From the NCBI GenBank assembly GCA_035279425.1, contig DATEHT010000030.1, forward strand, positions 153,917 through 217,916: a stretch of DNA of 64,000 bases, read 5' to 3'. This document shows, piece after piece, positions 15,177-24,743 of the stretch. The position numbers were made by a program, and so were the translations under genes. Origin of the DNA: Terriglobales bacterium. Its GTDB lineage: Bacteria > Acidobacteriota > Terriglobia > Terriglobales > Acidobacteriaceae. Each line of letters opens with the position of its first letter. Position 1 is the stretch's first letter. The notes beneath the pieces were generated by a model. The model did no database searches. It saw only the letters and a program-made list of their open reading frames with translations, and was not told the origin of the DNA.

Positions 15177-15386
15177 CTTTCGTGTACCGCAGCAAGGGCT
15201 CTCACCCGCGTTCTACGTGTCCTTTCTGGAACTGGAACGCTGGCAGGCGCGATTCTTGTGGTCTTTTTTGGTTCGGCAGTGAGAAAACCCGCATAAAATG
15301 CGGTTAGTTTGCTGTTTTTCCACAGCTTGAAATATTAAGATAGCAACGCAATCCGCAGGAATTATTTCAGATCAAGAGGAGGATTC

Positions 15387-15680
15387 ATGGCAGCTGGCAT
15401 GACCAAGACCCAACTGGTTCGTCACCTGGCAGAAAAGGTTGGCGCGAACAATAAGACAGCGGCGGCATTTCTCGAGAACCTGGCCGACACCGCGATTAAA
15501 GAAACCAAGAAGAGCGGTGTTTTCGTTGTCCCCGGACTCGGACGCCTGGTGAAAGCGCACCGTAAAGCTCGCATGGGCCGTAATCCGCAGACGGGCGAAC
15601 CCATTCAGATAAAGGCAAAGACCGTGGTGAAATTCCGCGTGGCCAAAGCCGCAAAAGACGCAATCGCCCCAAAAAAGTAG
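15387..15680 (+). CDS. HU family DNA-binding protein
   Basis: SD AGAGGAGGA. MTKTQLVRHLAEKVG...GRLVKAHRKARMGRNPQTGEPIQIKAKTVVKFRVAKAAKDAI is the HU/IHF fold signature. Confidence 0.92.
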   Translation: MAAGMTKTQLVRHLAEKVGANNKTAAAFLENLADTAIKETKKSGVFVVPGLGRLVKAHRKARMGRNPQTGEPIQIKAKTVVKFRVAKAAKDAIAPKK

Positions 15681-15697
15681 ATATCTGAATTCCCACC

Positions 15698-15724
15698 AAA
15701 GGCCGGTTTTAGCCGGCCTTTTTC
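15698..15724 (+). terminator. rho-independent terminator after HU
   Basis: AAAGGCCGG (15698-15706), loop TTTTAG, CCGGCCTTT (15713-15721), with the T-run continuing to 15723. Confidence 0.75.
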
Positions 15725-15752
15725 TGTGCGCTGAAATTTTTCGAGAAAACAC

Positions 15753-15801
15753 TTGACAGGCTAATACTGTGTGACATACAGTGTATATAACACAGTGTAT
15801 G
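15753..15801 (+). promoter_or_regulatory. PadR promoter/operator candidate
   Basis: TTGACA (15753-15758) with TACAGT 18 nt downstream. Inverted repeat ACTGTGT (15766-15772) / ACACAGT (15790-15796). 9-nt direct repeat ACAGTGTAT (15778-15786 and 15792-15800), the second copy running into the ATG. Confidence 0.35.
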
Positions 15802-16182
15802 ACGCATGGTACACAAAATGATTCAGTCGTCGACAACCTTCGCCTGGAGCTGCGGCGCGGCTGCCTGGTTCTGGCGGTATTGGCGGAGCTTCGGACCGAG
15901 CAATACGGATACACACTGCGCAAAGCGCTGACCGACAGGGGGATGGAGATCGATGAAGGCACGCTCTACCCATTGCTGCGGCGTCTGGAAAGCCAGGGAT
16001 TACTAGTTAGTGAATGGCGGGAGGAAGACAAGCGCAACAAGCGCTTCTATCGCATTTCGCGCGAAGGGAAGCAGGTGCTGAAGCAGCTTCTCGTGGAGTG
16101 GCAAACGATCGCGGCCTCAATTGAACTAATTCTGCAGGAGTCAAAGTATGGAACTCTTAGAGAAGTATCTGCAAGCAGTTAA
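15799..16182 (+). CDS. PadR family transcriptional regulator
   Basis: LVLAVLAELRTEQYGYTLRKALTDRGMEIDEGTLYPLLRRLESQGLLVSEWREEDKRNKRFYRISREG. ATG 15799 is preferred over the ORF-track GTG 15781. Confidence 0.88.
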   Translation: MTHGTQNDSVVDNLRLELRRGCLVLAVLAELRTEQYGYTLRKALTDRGMEIDEGTLYPLLRRLESQGLLVSEWREEDKRNKRFYRISREGKQVLKQLLVEWQTIAASIELILQESKYGTLREVSASS

Positions 16183-17149
16183 ATTCTGGCTGCCGAGTGC
16201 TCAGCAGAACGATATCATCGCGGAGCTCCGCGATGATATTCGCTCTGAAGTGGAAGAACGGGAAAACTCGCTTGGGCGCAGCTTGAACGAAAACGAATGG
16301 GAATTTCTGCTGAAGCAGCGCGGGCGGCCGCTGCTGGTTGCAGAGAAGTATCTGCCGCAACGATCCCTCATCGGTCCGGTCTTGTTTCCGGCGTACTGGT
16401 TTGTGCTGAGACTCGCTCTGTTGTGCTACTTCCTGCCGTGGATCGCGGTCTGGATGGGTTTGGTGCTGTTCAGCCCGGAGTATCGCGCGCATCATTTGGG
16501 ATTAGGGGCGATCAAGGATATTTCGTTCCTGTTCTTTAATATTCCGTTCGTATTCGCGGTCGTAACTATCGTTTTCGCAACCCTGGAGCAGGTAAAGGAC
16601 AAGCGCTGGCTTACCCAGGATTGGAGTCCGCGAAAACTGCCGCGCGTCCGTGATACTAAGCGCATTCCGCGGGCGAATTCGGGGGCGGAACTGATCCTCA
16701 ATACGATTTTCGGAATCTGGTGGCTGAAAATTCTGTGGACATTGACGGTTTTCGAATCAGGCGGAATCAAACTGACGCTTCCACCCATATGGCACAAATT
16801 CTTTTGGGCCTTTCTACTGCTGTTAGTGGTCAACACTTCGCTTTCGGCGCTCAACTTCATCCGTCCCTACTGGACGCGCGAACGCCACGGCCTGAAAGCG
16901 GCTGCGAACTTGCTGAGTGCCATCGTTTTGATTTTTATCGTTAAAAACTTCGCCCCCATGTTCGCCAGCGGCCCTGTGATTGTCCTCCAGGGGAAAGTGG
17001 TAAGTCTTCCGTGGATGTTTACCTTTGGCCTGACGATCGGGTTCGGAATCGGCGCGATTGTTTGCGTGATCCTTACATTCGTAGAGGTTTGGAAGGCGCT
17101 TAAGAGCGACAGGGCGCCTTCCCGACTGAACCATAGCGTCGCAATGTGA
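16148..17149 (+). CDS. PadR-associated polytopic membrane protein (DUF1700/HAAS-like N-terminal domain)
   Basis: SD AGGAG 8 nt before ATG 16148. It overlaps the PadR stop by 35 nt. The N-terminus MELLEKYLQAVKFWLPSAQQNDIIAELRDDIRSEVEE is like the cytoplasmic helical domain found next to PadR regulators. About 6 TM helices follow. Confidence 0.7.
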   Translation: MELLEKYLQAVKFWLPSAQQNDIIAELRDDIRSEVEERENSLGRSLNENEWEFLLKQRGRPLLVAEKYLPQRSLIGPVLFPAYWFVLRLALLCYFLPWIAVWMGLVLFSPEYRAHHLGLGAIKDISFLFFNIPFVFAVVTIVFATLEQVKDKRWLTQDWSPRKLPRVRDTKRIPRANSGAELILNTIFGIWWLKILWTLTVFESGGIKLTLPPIWHKFFWAFLLLLVVNTSLSALNFIRPYWTRERHGLKAAANLLSAIVLIFIVKNFAPMFASGPVIVLQGKVVSLPWMFTFGLTIGFGIGAIVCVILTFVEVWKALKSDRAPSRLNHSVAM

Positions 17150-17163
17150 TCAGGGTCGGGCAA

Positions 17164-17442
17164 CTACATCTTCTCTAGATGGAGGCCGGCCCCTTTTTTT
17201 AAGTAGCCCTTCCGCTGGAACCAGTCCTCCATCGCTTCTTTTAATTTGTCCAGCGGGACGCGTTCACCAATTTCCATTAATCCGTCGCTTATCGGAAGCG
17301 TGTCGTCGAAGATGCTGGCATTGGTGAAGTTGCGCATGGAGAAGTTGTCCAACCACTTTGATGGGCAGGGAACGAGGGTGCCATCTTGCTCATACTGGAC
17401 GCGAACCTTGCGCGAGAACATGCTCTCGGATTGTAATTGCAA
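17164..17442 (-). CDS. hypothetical small protein downstream of the IHF-like gene
   Basis: 92-codon ORF (TTG 17442; alternative ATG 17421) with balanced, protein-like composition. It lies 9 nt after the IHF-like stop. No family recognised. Confidence 0.5.
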   Translation of the reverse strand: MQLQSESMFSRKVRVQYEQDGTLVPCPSKWLDNFSMRNFTNASIFDDTLPISDGLMEIGERVPLDKLKEAMEDWFQRKGYLKKGAGLHLEKM

Positions 17443-17451
17443 GGAAGAGAC

Positions 17452-17766
17452 TTACATCGTCGAAGGAGTTGCCGGCGTCCGGGCCCCGTTTTCGCCGTTC
17501 ACCAGGTCCTTTAACTCTTTGCTGGGCTTGAAGAACGGAATCTTCTTAGCCGGAACATCGACACGGTCGCCGGTCTTGGGATTGCGTCCAACCCGGGGCT
17601 TGCGCTGGCGTGTGCGGAAGCTGCCAAAACCACGGATTTCGATCTTGTCGCCGGCGCGAAGCGAGCGCACGACACTGTCGAATATGGTCTCAACGACCAC
17701 TTCGCTGTCCTTACGCGTCAATTCGACTAAACGCGAGACTTCATCGATCAAATCCGCTTTTGTCAT
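17452..17766 (-). CDS. integration host factor / HU family protein
   Basis: ATG 17766 is preceded by GGGAGA. MTKADLIDEVSRLVELTRKDSEVVVETIFDSVVRSLRAGDKIEIRGFGSFRTRQRKPRVGRNPKTGDRVDVPAKKIPFFKPSKELK. Confidence 0.9.
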   Translation of the reverse strand: MTKADLIDEVSRLVELTRKDSEVVVETIFDSVVRSLRAGDKIEIRGFGSFRTRQRKPRVGRNPKTGDRVDVPAKKIPFFKPSKELKDLVNGENGARTPATPSTM

Positions 17767-17913
17767 GGTTTTTCTCCCAAGCTTTTTTACCAGACTATCT
17801 GAGGCCAGAGCTTCCAACGCGGCTGCTCGCGGGTGGCGGCGCGGGCAAATTCATTGTCATAACCTTCTCAAATTTCAGGGGTTGTTGGCAAGAGGCAGAT
17901 TTCGTACGTTTGG

Positions 17914-18822
17914 CTATTTCCACAGATAGTAAAACCCGACCTGCTGGTCCATCAGCTTTTCTTTGGTCGGAAGAAAGGGCGAAATATCCCCAAACAGCAC
18001 ATCGAGCAACGACCGGCGCTGGACTTCGGGATGCACCAGCGCCGGCTCGCCGCTGATATTGACTGACTTCGCCGTGTCCATCACCGCAGCGCGGAAATCC
18101 CCGATCTGGTCGATCAGGTGCAATCCCATCGCCTGCTCACCGGTCCATACGCGCCCGTCGGCAATTGATTTAATATCAGCAACTTTGGCGTGCCGGCCGT
18201 CGGCTACCGCCTGGACGAATTGGGTGTACATGTTGTCGATTAGTCCTTGCATGTATTGTCGTTCGGCAGGAGTCAATTCGCGGGAAGGGTCGCCGGTATC
18301 TTTGAATTCGCCGACTGTCAAGACCTCTGGCTTAAGTTTGGCCCAGCGCATCAGGTCGCCATAGTTCACCCATTCGGCAATGACACCGATCGACCCGACC
18401 ACGCTGCCATTGTCGGCGTATATTTTGTTTGTAGCTGAAGAAACGTAGTACGCGCCGCTCGCCCCGACCGTTTCTATGGAAGCCACAATGCGCTTATGTC
18501 GCACATCGCGAATGCGTTTCACCTCGCGATAAATTTCCTCCGAAGCTGCGACGCCTCCGCCAGGTGAATTTACGTGAATAATGATTGCCTTGATGGAGTC
18601 GTCATCAGCAAACTTGCGAAGATCGTTCACCACTTGACCCGGGTCAAGAATGACGCCATCGAGATCCACGACCCCAATCTTGTCTCCGAAGATCGCTCCC
18701 TGACGTCCGCCCGCGTGCAAGGCAACGTAAATAAATGTGAACGCGGCCAGTACAAAGAGGAAAAATGCTCCTCCACCGATGACGACCCATAGCCAAATGC
18801 GCGAGCGTTCGTTTTCAGCCAT
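17914..18822 (-). CDS. sppA: signal peptide peptidase SppA, 36K type
   Basis: N-terminal TM helix. AIIIHVNSPGGGVAASEE, TVGASGAYYVSSA (Ser nucleophile context), SVVGSIGVI. Confidence 0.9.
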   Translation of the reverse strand: MAENERSRIWLWVVIGGGAFFLFVLAAFTFIYVALHAGGRQGAIFGDKIGVVDLDGVILDPGQVVNDLRKFADDDSIKAIIIHVNSPGGGVAASEEIYREVKRIRDVRHKRIVASIETVGASGAYYVSSATNKIYADNGSVVGSIGVIAEWVNYGDLMRWAKLKPEVLTVGEFKDTGDPSRELTPAERQYMQGLIDNMYTQFVQAVADGRHAKVADIKSIADGRVWTGEQAMGLHLIDQIGDFRAAVMDTAKSVNISGEPALVHPEVQRRSLLDVLFGDISPFLPTKEKLMDQQVGFYYLWK

Positions 18823-18863
18823 AAATGTTTGTTAGTTTAACACCCACACGCGTGAGCAGTTTT

Positions 18864-19754
18864 TCAAGGAACAATGACTTGCAATGCTTTGGGAGCAACA
18901 GTGAACTCGACGGGAGTCTGACAGACGTATTCGCCATCGGCGTAGACGTCGAGCGGCGATTCGGTTTCAATTCGCGTAGTGCAGGTTTGAACGTACTCGA
19001 CCTTATCTGAGCGCAAGTGCCGGCCAAAATAAACCGTGGGAAATAGCCGGAAGAGATTGAAGCGACTCATTGCGCGCACGACGCACACATCCAACTGGGC
19101 GTCATCCAGTTTTGCATTCGGGGCGATTCTTATTCCGCCACCATACGAGGGAGCATTCGCAACGGCGGCAAGCAGGGTAGGACGGAATGGTGGCGCGAAG
19201 CCATTCTGCGAAATACTCATCGGCTGCGGCGTAAAGCGCAGAAACTCCCTCGGCGCAGCTAGCCCATAACCCCCGTGTGCTCGAATCCAACGAGGAAGGG
19301 CATTTGCCTGGCGGTTGATTTGTGCGTCAAGCCCGACGCCCGCAACGCAACAAAAATAATGCAGGCCTTCGCTTGGGACGCGAAATTCAGGTGGTGAGTT
19401 AACCGGCACGGGCCCAAGTTTGGCCGCATGTTGAATTACTCCAAGGTCGATTGTTCGTACATTGCCTGCGCCGGAACTGAACTTCTGCCAAGCCCTCAAC
19501 GAATCGCGCACACGGCGCAACCCTAAAGCTCGGGCAAAATCGTTCCCGCTTCCGCAGGGGACGATGAGAACAGGCACATCCAATTCCACTAATGTTTTGA
19601 GCTGACGATGGAGGGTGCCGTCGCCGCCGAAAATAATAATTGCGTCGGCCTGCTCGATCAGGGAAGTCCATTCCGCGCTCGCCTCACGCTGGAATTGCGA
19701 GAGAGCTTTGCCCACGCTTCCCGGCCCCAGAATCGCAGCAATGTGCATTAGCAC
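18864..19754 (-). CDS. diacylglycerol/lipid kinase family protein (YegS-like)
   Basis: IIIFGGDGTLHRQL and VLIVPCGSGNDFARALG are the DAGK catalytic-domain signatures. Confidence 0.88.
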   Translation of the reverse strand: MLMHIAAILGPGSVGKALSQFQREASAEWTSLIEQADAIIIFGGDGTLHRQLKTLVELDVPVLIVPCGSGNDFARALGLRRVRDSLRAWQKFSSGAGNVRTIDLGVIQHAAKLGPVPVNSPPEFRVPSEGLHYFCCVAGVGLDAQINRQANALPRWIRAHGGYGLAAPREFLRFTPQPMSISQNGFAPPFRPTLLAAVANAPSYGGGIRIAPNAKLDDAQLDVCVVRAMSRFNLFRLFPTVYFGRHLRSDKVEYVQTCTTRIETESPLDVYADGEYVCQTPVEFTVAPKALQVIVP

Positions 19755-19942
19755 GGCATTAAACCACAGTAATTCAAGGAGGTATAGAGGTTTGTAGCTG
19801 GATCTTTAATCCGCAGGCGCCGGTTGTTCCACAAGGGAAGCTACCTTAACGTACTGGCGTAACTTGTGATGGCCAAAGCCCCCAAAATATCGTCATGCTG
19901 GCCCCTGTTGGCGGTTACCGGGCCGAATTGAAAGGGGAGAAG

Positions 19943-20407
19943 ATGCGCAAGGTAAGCATGTTATTGCCCGTTATTCTGGTGGGCATGTTCGCCGCTGCAC
20001 AGCAGCAGTCTGTCGCGCCTGGAGGACCAGACAGTCCCGCAAAGGCGACGATTTACGTTTATCGCTATAAACAGTTCCAGGGATCGGCACTCGCGCCGTC
20101 CGTCTACTGTGATGACACGGCACTGGCAAGAATGGAAAACGGCCGCTATTTCGCGGCAAAAATCGAGCCCGGAAAGCACGTATTTCATTCCAACGACAAG
20201 CAGTCGGGCGTCGAACTCGAAGTCAAGGCGGGACAGGAGTATTTTCTTCGGGTGGAGATCGCGACCGGCTTTATGAAAGGCCATGGCCGGCTTGTTCTGG
20301 TTTCATCAGAGCAAGGAAATTACGAACTGAAGTCCTCGAAGCTGAAGCCGCTCGACGCGAGCAAAGTTGAAGATTCAACCCGTGTCTCGGTTGCGGACAT
20401 TCAGTAA
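19943..20407 (+). CDS. DUF2846-like secreted protein
   Basis: ATG 19943 has AGGGGAGA upstream. Signal peptide MRKVSMLLPVILVGMFAAAQQ. The pattern ATIYVYRYKQFQGSALAPSVYCDD...GRYFAAKIEPGKHVF...EVKAGQEYFLRVE is typical of DUF2846. Confidence 0.7.
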   Translation: MRKVSMLLPVILVGMFAAAQQQSVAPGGPDSPAKATIYVYRYKQFQGSALAPSVYCDDTALARMENGRYFAAKIEPGKHVFHSNDKQSGVELEVKAGQEYFLRVEIATGFMKGHGRLVLVSSEQGNYELKSSKLKPLDASKVEDSTRVSVADIQ

Positions 20408-20419
20408 TCTCAGCTAAAA

Positions 20420-20446
20420 GGAAGCCGCACGCCGGCTTCCTTCTTT
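20420..20446. terminator. bidirectional terminator between convergent genes
   Basis: GGAAGCCG (20420-20427), 5-nt loop, CGGCTTCC (20433-20440), then TTCTTT. An A-run lies on the other side. Confidence 0.65.
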
Positions 20447-20448
20447 GC

Positions 20449-21924
20449 CTACCTGTGCAGCGGTTCCGCCATGTCGGCCAGCGCATATCCTATGACGGCC
20501 ATGCAGGCCGCATTTTCCCGCAATTGCTGCGGGTCAACTTTATCCAGCGTGTCGGCGGCGGTATGGTGATAGGTAAAGTAGGTTATTCCGTTCTGCCAAA
20601 TTCCAAATGCAGGTACACCATTCTTCGCGAGCGGTTCAATATCTGTCTCGGGAGATTCGGGAACGATTTGAATTAGATTTGAACCGATTGCTCTCAGCAC
20701 TTCCTGTACTGGTGAAAGTTGCTTCGAAGCAGGTTCGCTGATTTTGGCGTGAAACCCCAACGGATGCTCTGCACCCAGATCGCTTTCGATTGCTGCAATG
20801 TGATTCGCAATATCCGGGGCATAATCTTTGGCATACGCTTCGGCACCGGTCGCACCCATTTCTTCGTTCATCCAGGCAACTACGCGCAGAGTGCGGCGGG
20901 GATGCAGATTCAACTTATGAAGCAGCTCGGCAGCTTCCATTGCGACGACAACGCCTGCCCCATCATCGATCGCACCGGTGCCCAGGTCCCATGAATCGAG
21001 GTGCCCGGAGACGATCACGACCTGCTCTGGATGCTCCGATCCCTTTAACTCAGCAACGACGTTGTAGCCCTGGGCCTGTGGCCCTAATTTCGTGGTGAGC
21101 GTCAGATGGATTCGCACTCGGCCCCGCGCCGCCAGCCGCGAAATCAGGCCGGCATCTTCCGCCGTAACCGCACCGGCGGGAATTGTGAAATCGAGGCCAG
21201 AACCAGTGTGCGGCAACCGGTATGCTCCATCTCCGGTTGAACGCACGAGCGAACCCACGGCACCAAGCTCGGCAGCAGCAGCAGCGCCTGATGCGCGATA
21301 TCGCACGGCTTCGCGATACGCCTCGCCAGCTTGTCCGGAGATCGCCTTCTGGTGATCAAAAATTTCGTTGAAAAGAACAATTTTTCCTGCGACCTTATCG
21401 CGCCCGAGTTGCTTTAATTCGTCAAAATTGTTCACAACGACGACGTCAGCACTGATTCCAGTGTCGGGCGTAGGAGAATTGCCTCTAAGGGCGGTGACGT
21501 AAATTTTCTGTCTGGTGCCTTCCACCTGACCCGGATACTCGACCAGCTCCGCAGCATCGGTTCCGCGCTCGAACCTCTGCACTGGCACTGGTTCCAGATG
21601 GACATCAAGCCCCAGTTTTCGCAGTTGATCGGCGACGTAGTGGGCAGCTGCATCGGCCTGTGGGGAGCCCTGAGGACGGGGCCCAATACTATCGGTGATG
21701 TATTCGAGCTGCTGATAAGCGTAGTTGTCGGCGAGTGCGGCGTCGCGGAGTTGCACCAGTTCGCCCCGCAGCTTTGGCGGGAAGGCCCGTATAGCCGATT
21801 CGCTGTCTTGAGGTATCGCCGCCCACGCGGGAGGTGTTGGTTGGACGTTGGGCGTTTGCGCGAACCCAGTGGAAGAAATGAGAGTGGGAAGAAAAACAGC
21901 AATTAGGCGGTTACGGATTTTCAT
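20449..21924 (-). CDS. M28 family metallopeptidase with PA domain
   Basis: Signal peptide MKIRNRLIAVFLPTLISSTGFAQ. Zinc-ligand context VIVSGHLDSWDLGTGAIDDGAGVVVAMEAA, plus VAWMNEEMGATGA. Confidence 0.88.
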   Translation of the reverse strand: MKIRNRLIAVFLPTLISSTGFAQTPNVQPTPPAWAAIPQDSESAIRAFPPKLRGELVQLRDAALADNYAYQQLEYITDSIGPRPQGSPQADAAAHYVADQLRKLGLDVHLEPVPVQRFERGTDAAELVEYPGQVEGTRQKIYVTALRGNSPTPDTGISADVVVVNNFDELKQLGRDKVAGKIVLFNEIFDHQKAISGQAGEAYREAVRYRASGAAAAAELGAVGSLVRSTGDGAYRLPHTGSGLDFTIPAGAVTAEDAGLISRLAARGRVRIHLTLTTKLGPQAQGYNVVAELKGSEHPEQVVIVSGHLDSWDLGTGAIDDGAGVVVAMEAAELLHKLNLHPRRTLRVVAWMNEEMGATGAEAYAKDYAPDIANHIAAIESDLGAEHPLGFHAKISEPASKQLSPVQEVLRAIGSNLIQIVPESPETDIEPLAKNGVPAFGIWQNGITYFTYHHTAADTLDKVDPQQLRENAACMAVIGYALADMAEPLHR

Positions 21925-21966
21925 CTTGTTCCTGAGTAGATGCTTTTCAAGAGCGCATCGTCGCGC

Positions 21967-23688
21967 TTATTTCCACTTGCCTTCACCCTCAACGATGGTG
22001 ATGTAACGGTCAATGGGCAAGTCCGTGAAGCGCTCGGTCGCTCCACTCGGCAGCGGCCATTTGATCTCGAGTGAGTCGATTTTTGTTCGTTTGCCGATGC
22101 CGAGGACCACGCGTGAATCGTGGTCCGAAAGATAACTGCCGCCTCCAACTTTCATTCGAGTGCGTTTTAAATCCTGCGCTCGATATGTAATCCGCGCGCC
22201 CACGGCATCAGGATTCGACTTTTTCCCTGCTAGTTTGATTCCGAGCCAGTGGTTTTGCGAACCGGCAGTATTTTTCAGTAGAACGGGAGCAGCGTTGTTG
22301 ATACTGAGCAGCACGTCGACTGCTCCGTCGTTATTGAAGTCTCCAATGGCCATGCCTCGCGCCGACATATGGCGCGAAAAGATCGGGCCACTTTCCGCGC
22401 TGATGTCTCGAAACGTTTTCCCGACTCTACGAAACAGGAGCGGCGGCTCCTGGTATGTGACCTGAGGATGGAGCTGCTCGATCAAATCATCGGGATTTCC
22501 ATTTGCCAGAAATAAGTCGAGATCGCCGTCGTTGTCGAAGTCGAAGAACTTGAGCCCCCAGCCGCTCATCAGGCGCGTGGCGCTGGCGATATCGTTTGCG
22601 CCAGACTGATCATCGAAACTCTCATCGTGATTGTTGCGATAAAGCGAGTAGATCTCTCGGTCGATATTGGCGACAAATAAGTCCATCCAGCCGTCCTGGT
22701 CGAAATCCGCCGAATCAACCCCCATGCCGGAGCGCGGCCTGCCTTCTGCGCTGTAAGCGACGCCCGCGGGCTCGCCAATCTCTTCGAATTTGCCGTTCCC
22801 ACGGTTGGCGAATAGGAAATTTGCGACAGTGTCGTTGGCGACAAATAGATCCAATCGTCCGTCGTTGTTGATGTCGGTGGCAACCACGCCCCAAGCCTTT
22901 CCCAAGTGAGACGCGATCCCGCTGGACTTACTCACGTCGGTGAAAGTGCCGTTACCATTGTTGTGAAACAACCAGCTTGCAGTGGGACTGTAGACATGAG
23001 GAATGCAATATCCGCGTTTCGCGTCTTCACCCGTGCGACACTCCTTGTTTTTTTCTTTTGAGAAATCCACAAATTGGCAGACAAACAGGTCGAGTTTGCC
23101 GTCATTGTCGTAGTCAAACCAAACCGCGCTCGAGGACCACCCGGGGGCCGCAACGCCGGCCCTTTCAGTAACGTCAGAGAATGTTCCGTCACCGTTGTTG
23201 TGGTAAAGAATATTTTTTCCGTATTGGGTGAGGTAGAGGTCGGGAAACCCATCGCCATCGTAGTCGCCGACGGCAACGCCCTGCCCGTACCCGCCACCAG
23301 TGACACCGGCTTTTTCCGTAACGTCGGTGAAGGTCCCGTCCCGATTATTGCGATATAGCGCGTTGCGCAAGGGAGTTGGCGGCTGGTAGAAATCGCAAGG
23401 TCCGCTGTTCACTAAATAAATGTCCATCCAGCCATCGTTGTCGTAGTCGAAGAAGGCGCAGCCGGCCCCGGTCGTCTCTGGCAGATAGTGTTCAGGTGAT
23501 TTTCCGCTGGTGTGGGTCCAGTGAATTCCGCTGAGTTCGGGAGGGACCACCTCGAAAGTGTCTGGCGTGTGAGTCACCGCCCGAACAATCCGCGGAAAAC
23601 TCGCGACGGAAGCTCCACCTAAAAGGGAGTACAGGAAACGCCGTCGAGATAAAGCAAGAGGATTTGGGTTCGAATTACGCGTAGTCAC
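21967..23688 (-). CDS. CRTAC1 family protein (FG-GAP/VCBS repeats + ASPIC/UnbV C-terminal domain), Tat-exported
   Basis: Twin-arginine signal [17 protein letters not shown]. Repeated Ca-binding FG-GAP loops ([88 protein letters not shown]). UnbV-like tail GARITY...GGGSYLS. Confidence 0.88.
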   Translation of the reverse strand: MTTRNSNPNPLALSRRRFLYSLLGGASVASFPRIVRAVTHTPDTFEVVPPELSGIHWTHTSGKSPEHYLPETTGAGCAFFDYDNDGWMDIYLVNSGPCDFYQPPTPLRNALYRNNRDGTFTDVTEKAGVTGGGYGQGVAVGDYDGDGFPDLYLTQYGKNILYHNNGDGTFSDVTERAGVAAPGWSSSAVWFDYDNDGKLDLFVCQFVDFSKEKNKECRTGEDAKRGYCIPHVYSPTASWLFHNNGNGTFTDVSKSSGIASHLGKAWGVVATDINNDGRLDLFVANDTVANFLFANRGNGKFEEIGEPAGVAYSAEGRPRSGMGVDSADFDQDGWMDLFVANIDREIYSLYRNNHDESFDDQSGANDIASATRLMSGWGLKFFDFDNDGDLDLFLANGNPDDLIEQLHPQVTYQEPPLLFRRVGKTFRDISAESGPIFSRHMSARGMAIGDFNNDGAVDVLLSINNAAPVLLKNTAGSQNHWLGIKLAGKKSNPDAVGARITYRAQDLKRTRMKVGGGSYLSDHDSRVVLGIGKRTKIDSLEIKWPLPSGATERFTDLPIDRYITIVEGEGKWK

Positions 23689-23709
23689 GATGGCAGTTAG
23701 GCGACAGCA

Positions 23710-24696
23710 TTATTGCGGCGTACTGGCCGGTTGTGCCTGAGGTTGGGTCTCACCCTGCGCCGGCGGATTCTTGTCCACCATCTGGCGATGGAGGGCAAAC
23801 TCCCGCTCTCCTTCCTGCTTGCGTCCAGTGCGCGTGTAGGCGATTGCCAGGTTGTAATGCACAGCTGGATTCTCAGGCTCAAGCTTCACTGCTATCTCCA
23901 GCGGAGCGATTGCATCTGAAAACTTCTTCGTTGAAATCAGCGCCGCACCCCAGCCGACGTAAGCATCTCCAAAACTGGAGTCGAGTTTCGCAGCGCGGGT
24001 GAAATGCTGTACGGCATCATCCCATTGCTGCGATTGGCGGGCGAGTTCACCTAACACATATTCTGCACCGGCATTGCTGGGATCAATTTTGAGCTCCTGC
24101 TGGAATTCTTTTTTTGCCTGGTCGGCAGCGTCGGCAGGCGGACTTGGTTCGGAAAGCAGTAGCCTACCGATTCGAAAATGAATTCCCGGCATTCGCGGAT
24201 TCTGTTGCAGGACCTTTCCGTACTCCTTTGCCGCCTGGTCCCATTTGCCTTGCATTTCAAGGGACTCGGCATTCAGTTCATGGGCCGGCGCGGAGTTTGG
24301 CGCGCGCATGGCAAGCTCCTGTGAAGCGTGCGTCGCCAAGTCAGAGTAGGTGTGGACGGCGGTATAAAGCACCTCGGGATCATTGGGGAATTCGCGATAC
24401 AGCCTTCGGAGGAATTCTTCGGCGGAATCGAATTGGTTGTTGACCATTGCGCAACGCAATCCTGCCATGCCTGCGTCGCGTTGCAAATCTTTGTCACTGG
24501 TTTGGGCGATGGTTTTCTTAAGCAGGGGGACCGCTTCGCCACACCGGCCGGACTTGGCCAGGTCGAGAGCATGCTGGCCAGACTGAACGCTATTGGTTTT
24601 TGGAGGAGGTTTCACACCATTGGTTTGCGCAAACGACAAATACGATAAGAGTACAAACAGCAACAAGCTGAGATTAGAAACCAAGCGACTGGGCAT
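23710..24696 (-). CDS. secreted tetratricopeptide-repeat protein
   Basis: Signal peptide, then several TPR-like units (e.g. AEYVLGELARQSQQWDDAVQHFTRAAKLDSSFGDAYVGWGAALISTKKFSDAIAPLEIAVKLEPENPAVHYNLAIAY). Confidence 0.85.
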   Translation of the reverse strand: MPSRLVSNLSLLLFVLLSYLSFAQTNGVKPPPKTNSVQSGQHALDLAKSGRCGEAVPLLKKTIAQTSDKDLQRDAGMAGLRCAMVNNQFDSAEEFLRRLYREFPNDPEVLYTAVHTYSDLATHASQELAMRAPNSAPAHELNAESLEMQGKWDQAAKEYGKVLQQNPRMPGIHFRIGRLLLSEPSPPADAADQAKKEFQQELKIDPSNAGAEYVLGELARQSQQWDDAVQHFTRAAKLDSSFGDAYVGWGAALISTKKFSDAIAPLEIAVKLEPENPAVHYNLAIAYTRTGRKQEGEREFALHRQMVDKNPPAQGETQPQAQPASTPQ

Positions 24697-24743
24697 AAAA
24701 GAAAAAGGCAGGCGTCAACGACGCCTGCCTCATGATACCGCGA

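Noticed and set aside
15289-15303. Hairpin CCGCAT-AAA-ATGCGG upstream of HU as a terminator (similar oddity at 10227-10242)
   Set aside because: The U-tract is better on the minus strand, but no minus-strand gene ends there. On the plus strand no gene ends nearby. It is probably part of a 5' UTR or fortuitous, and evidence for a separate transcript is insufficient.
15372-15962. 196-codon ORF on the minus strand
   Set aside because: It is antisense to the well-supported HU gene, its terminator and the PadR promoter. Its composition is Arg/Ser/Cys-rich. This is a typical shadow ORF of GC-rich DNA.
17246-17929. 227-codon ORF on the plus strand
   Set aside because: It is antisense to the IHF-like gene and the small downstream ORF. 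The sequence is Arg/Ser-rich and has no family resemblance.
23650-23672. GGGTTCGAATT resembling a tRNA T-arm
   Set aside because: It lies inside the N-terminal coding region of the CRTAC1 gene. No acceptor or anticodon arms are nearby.
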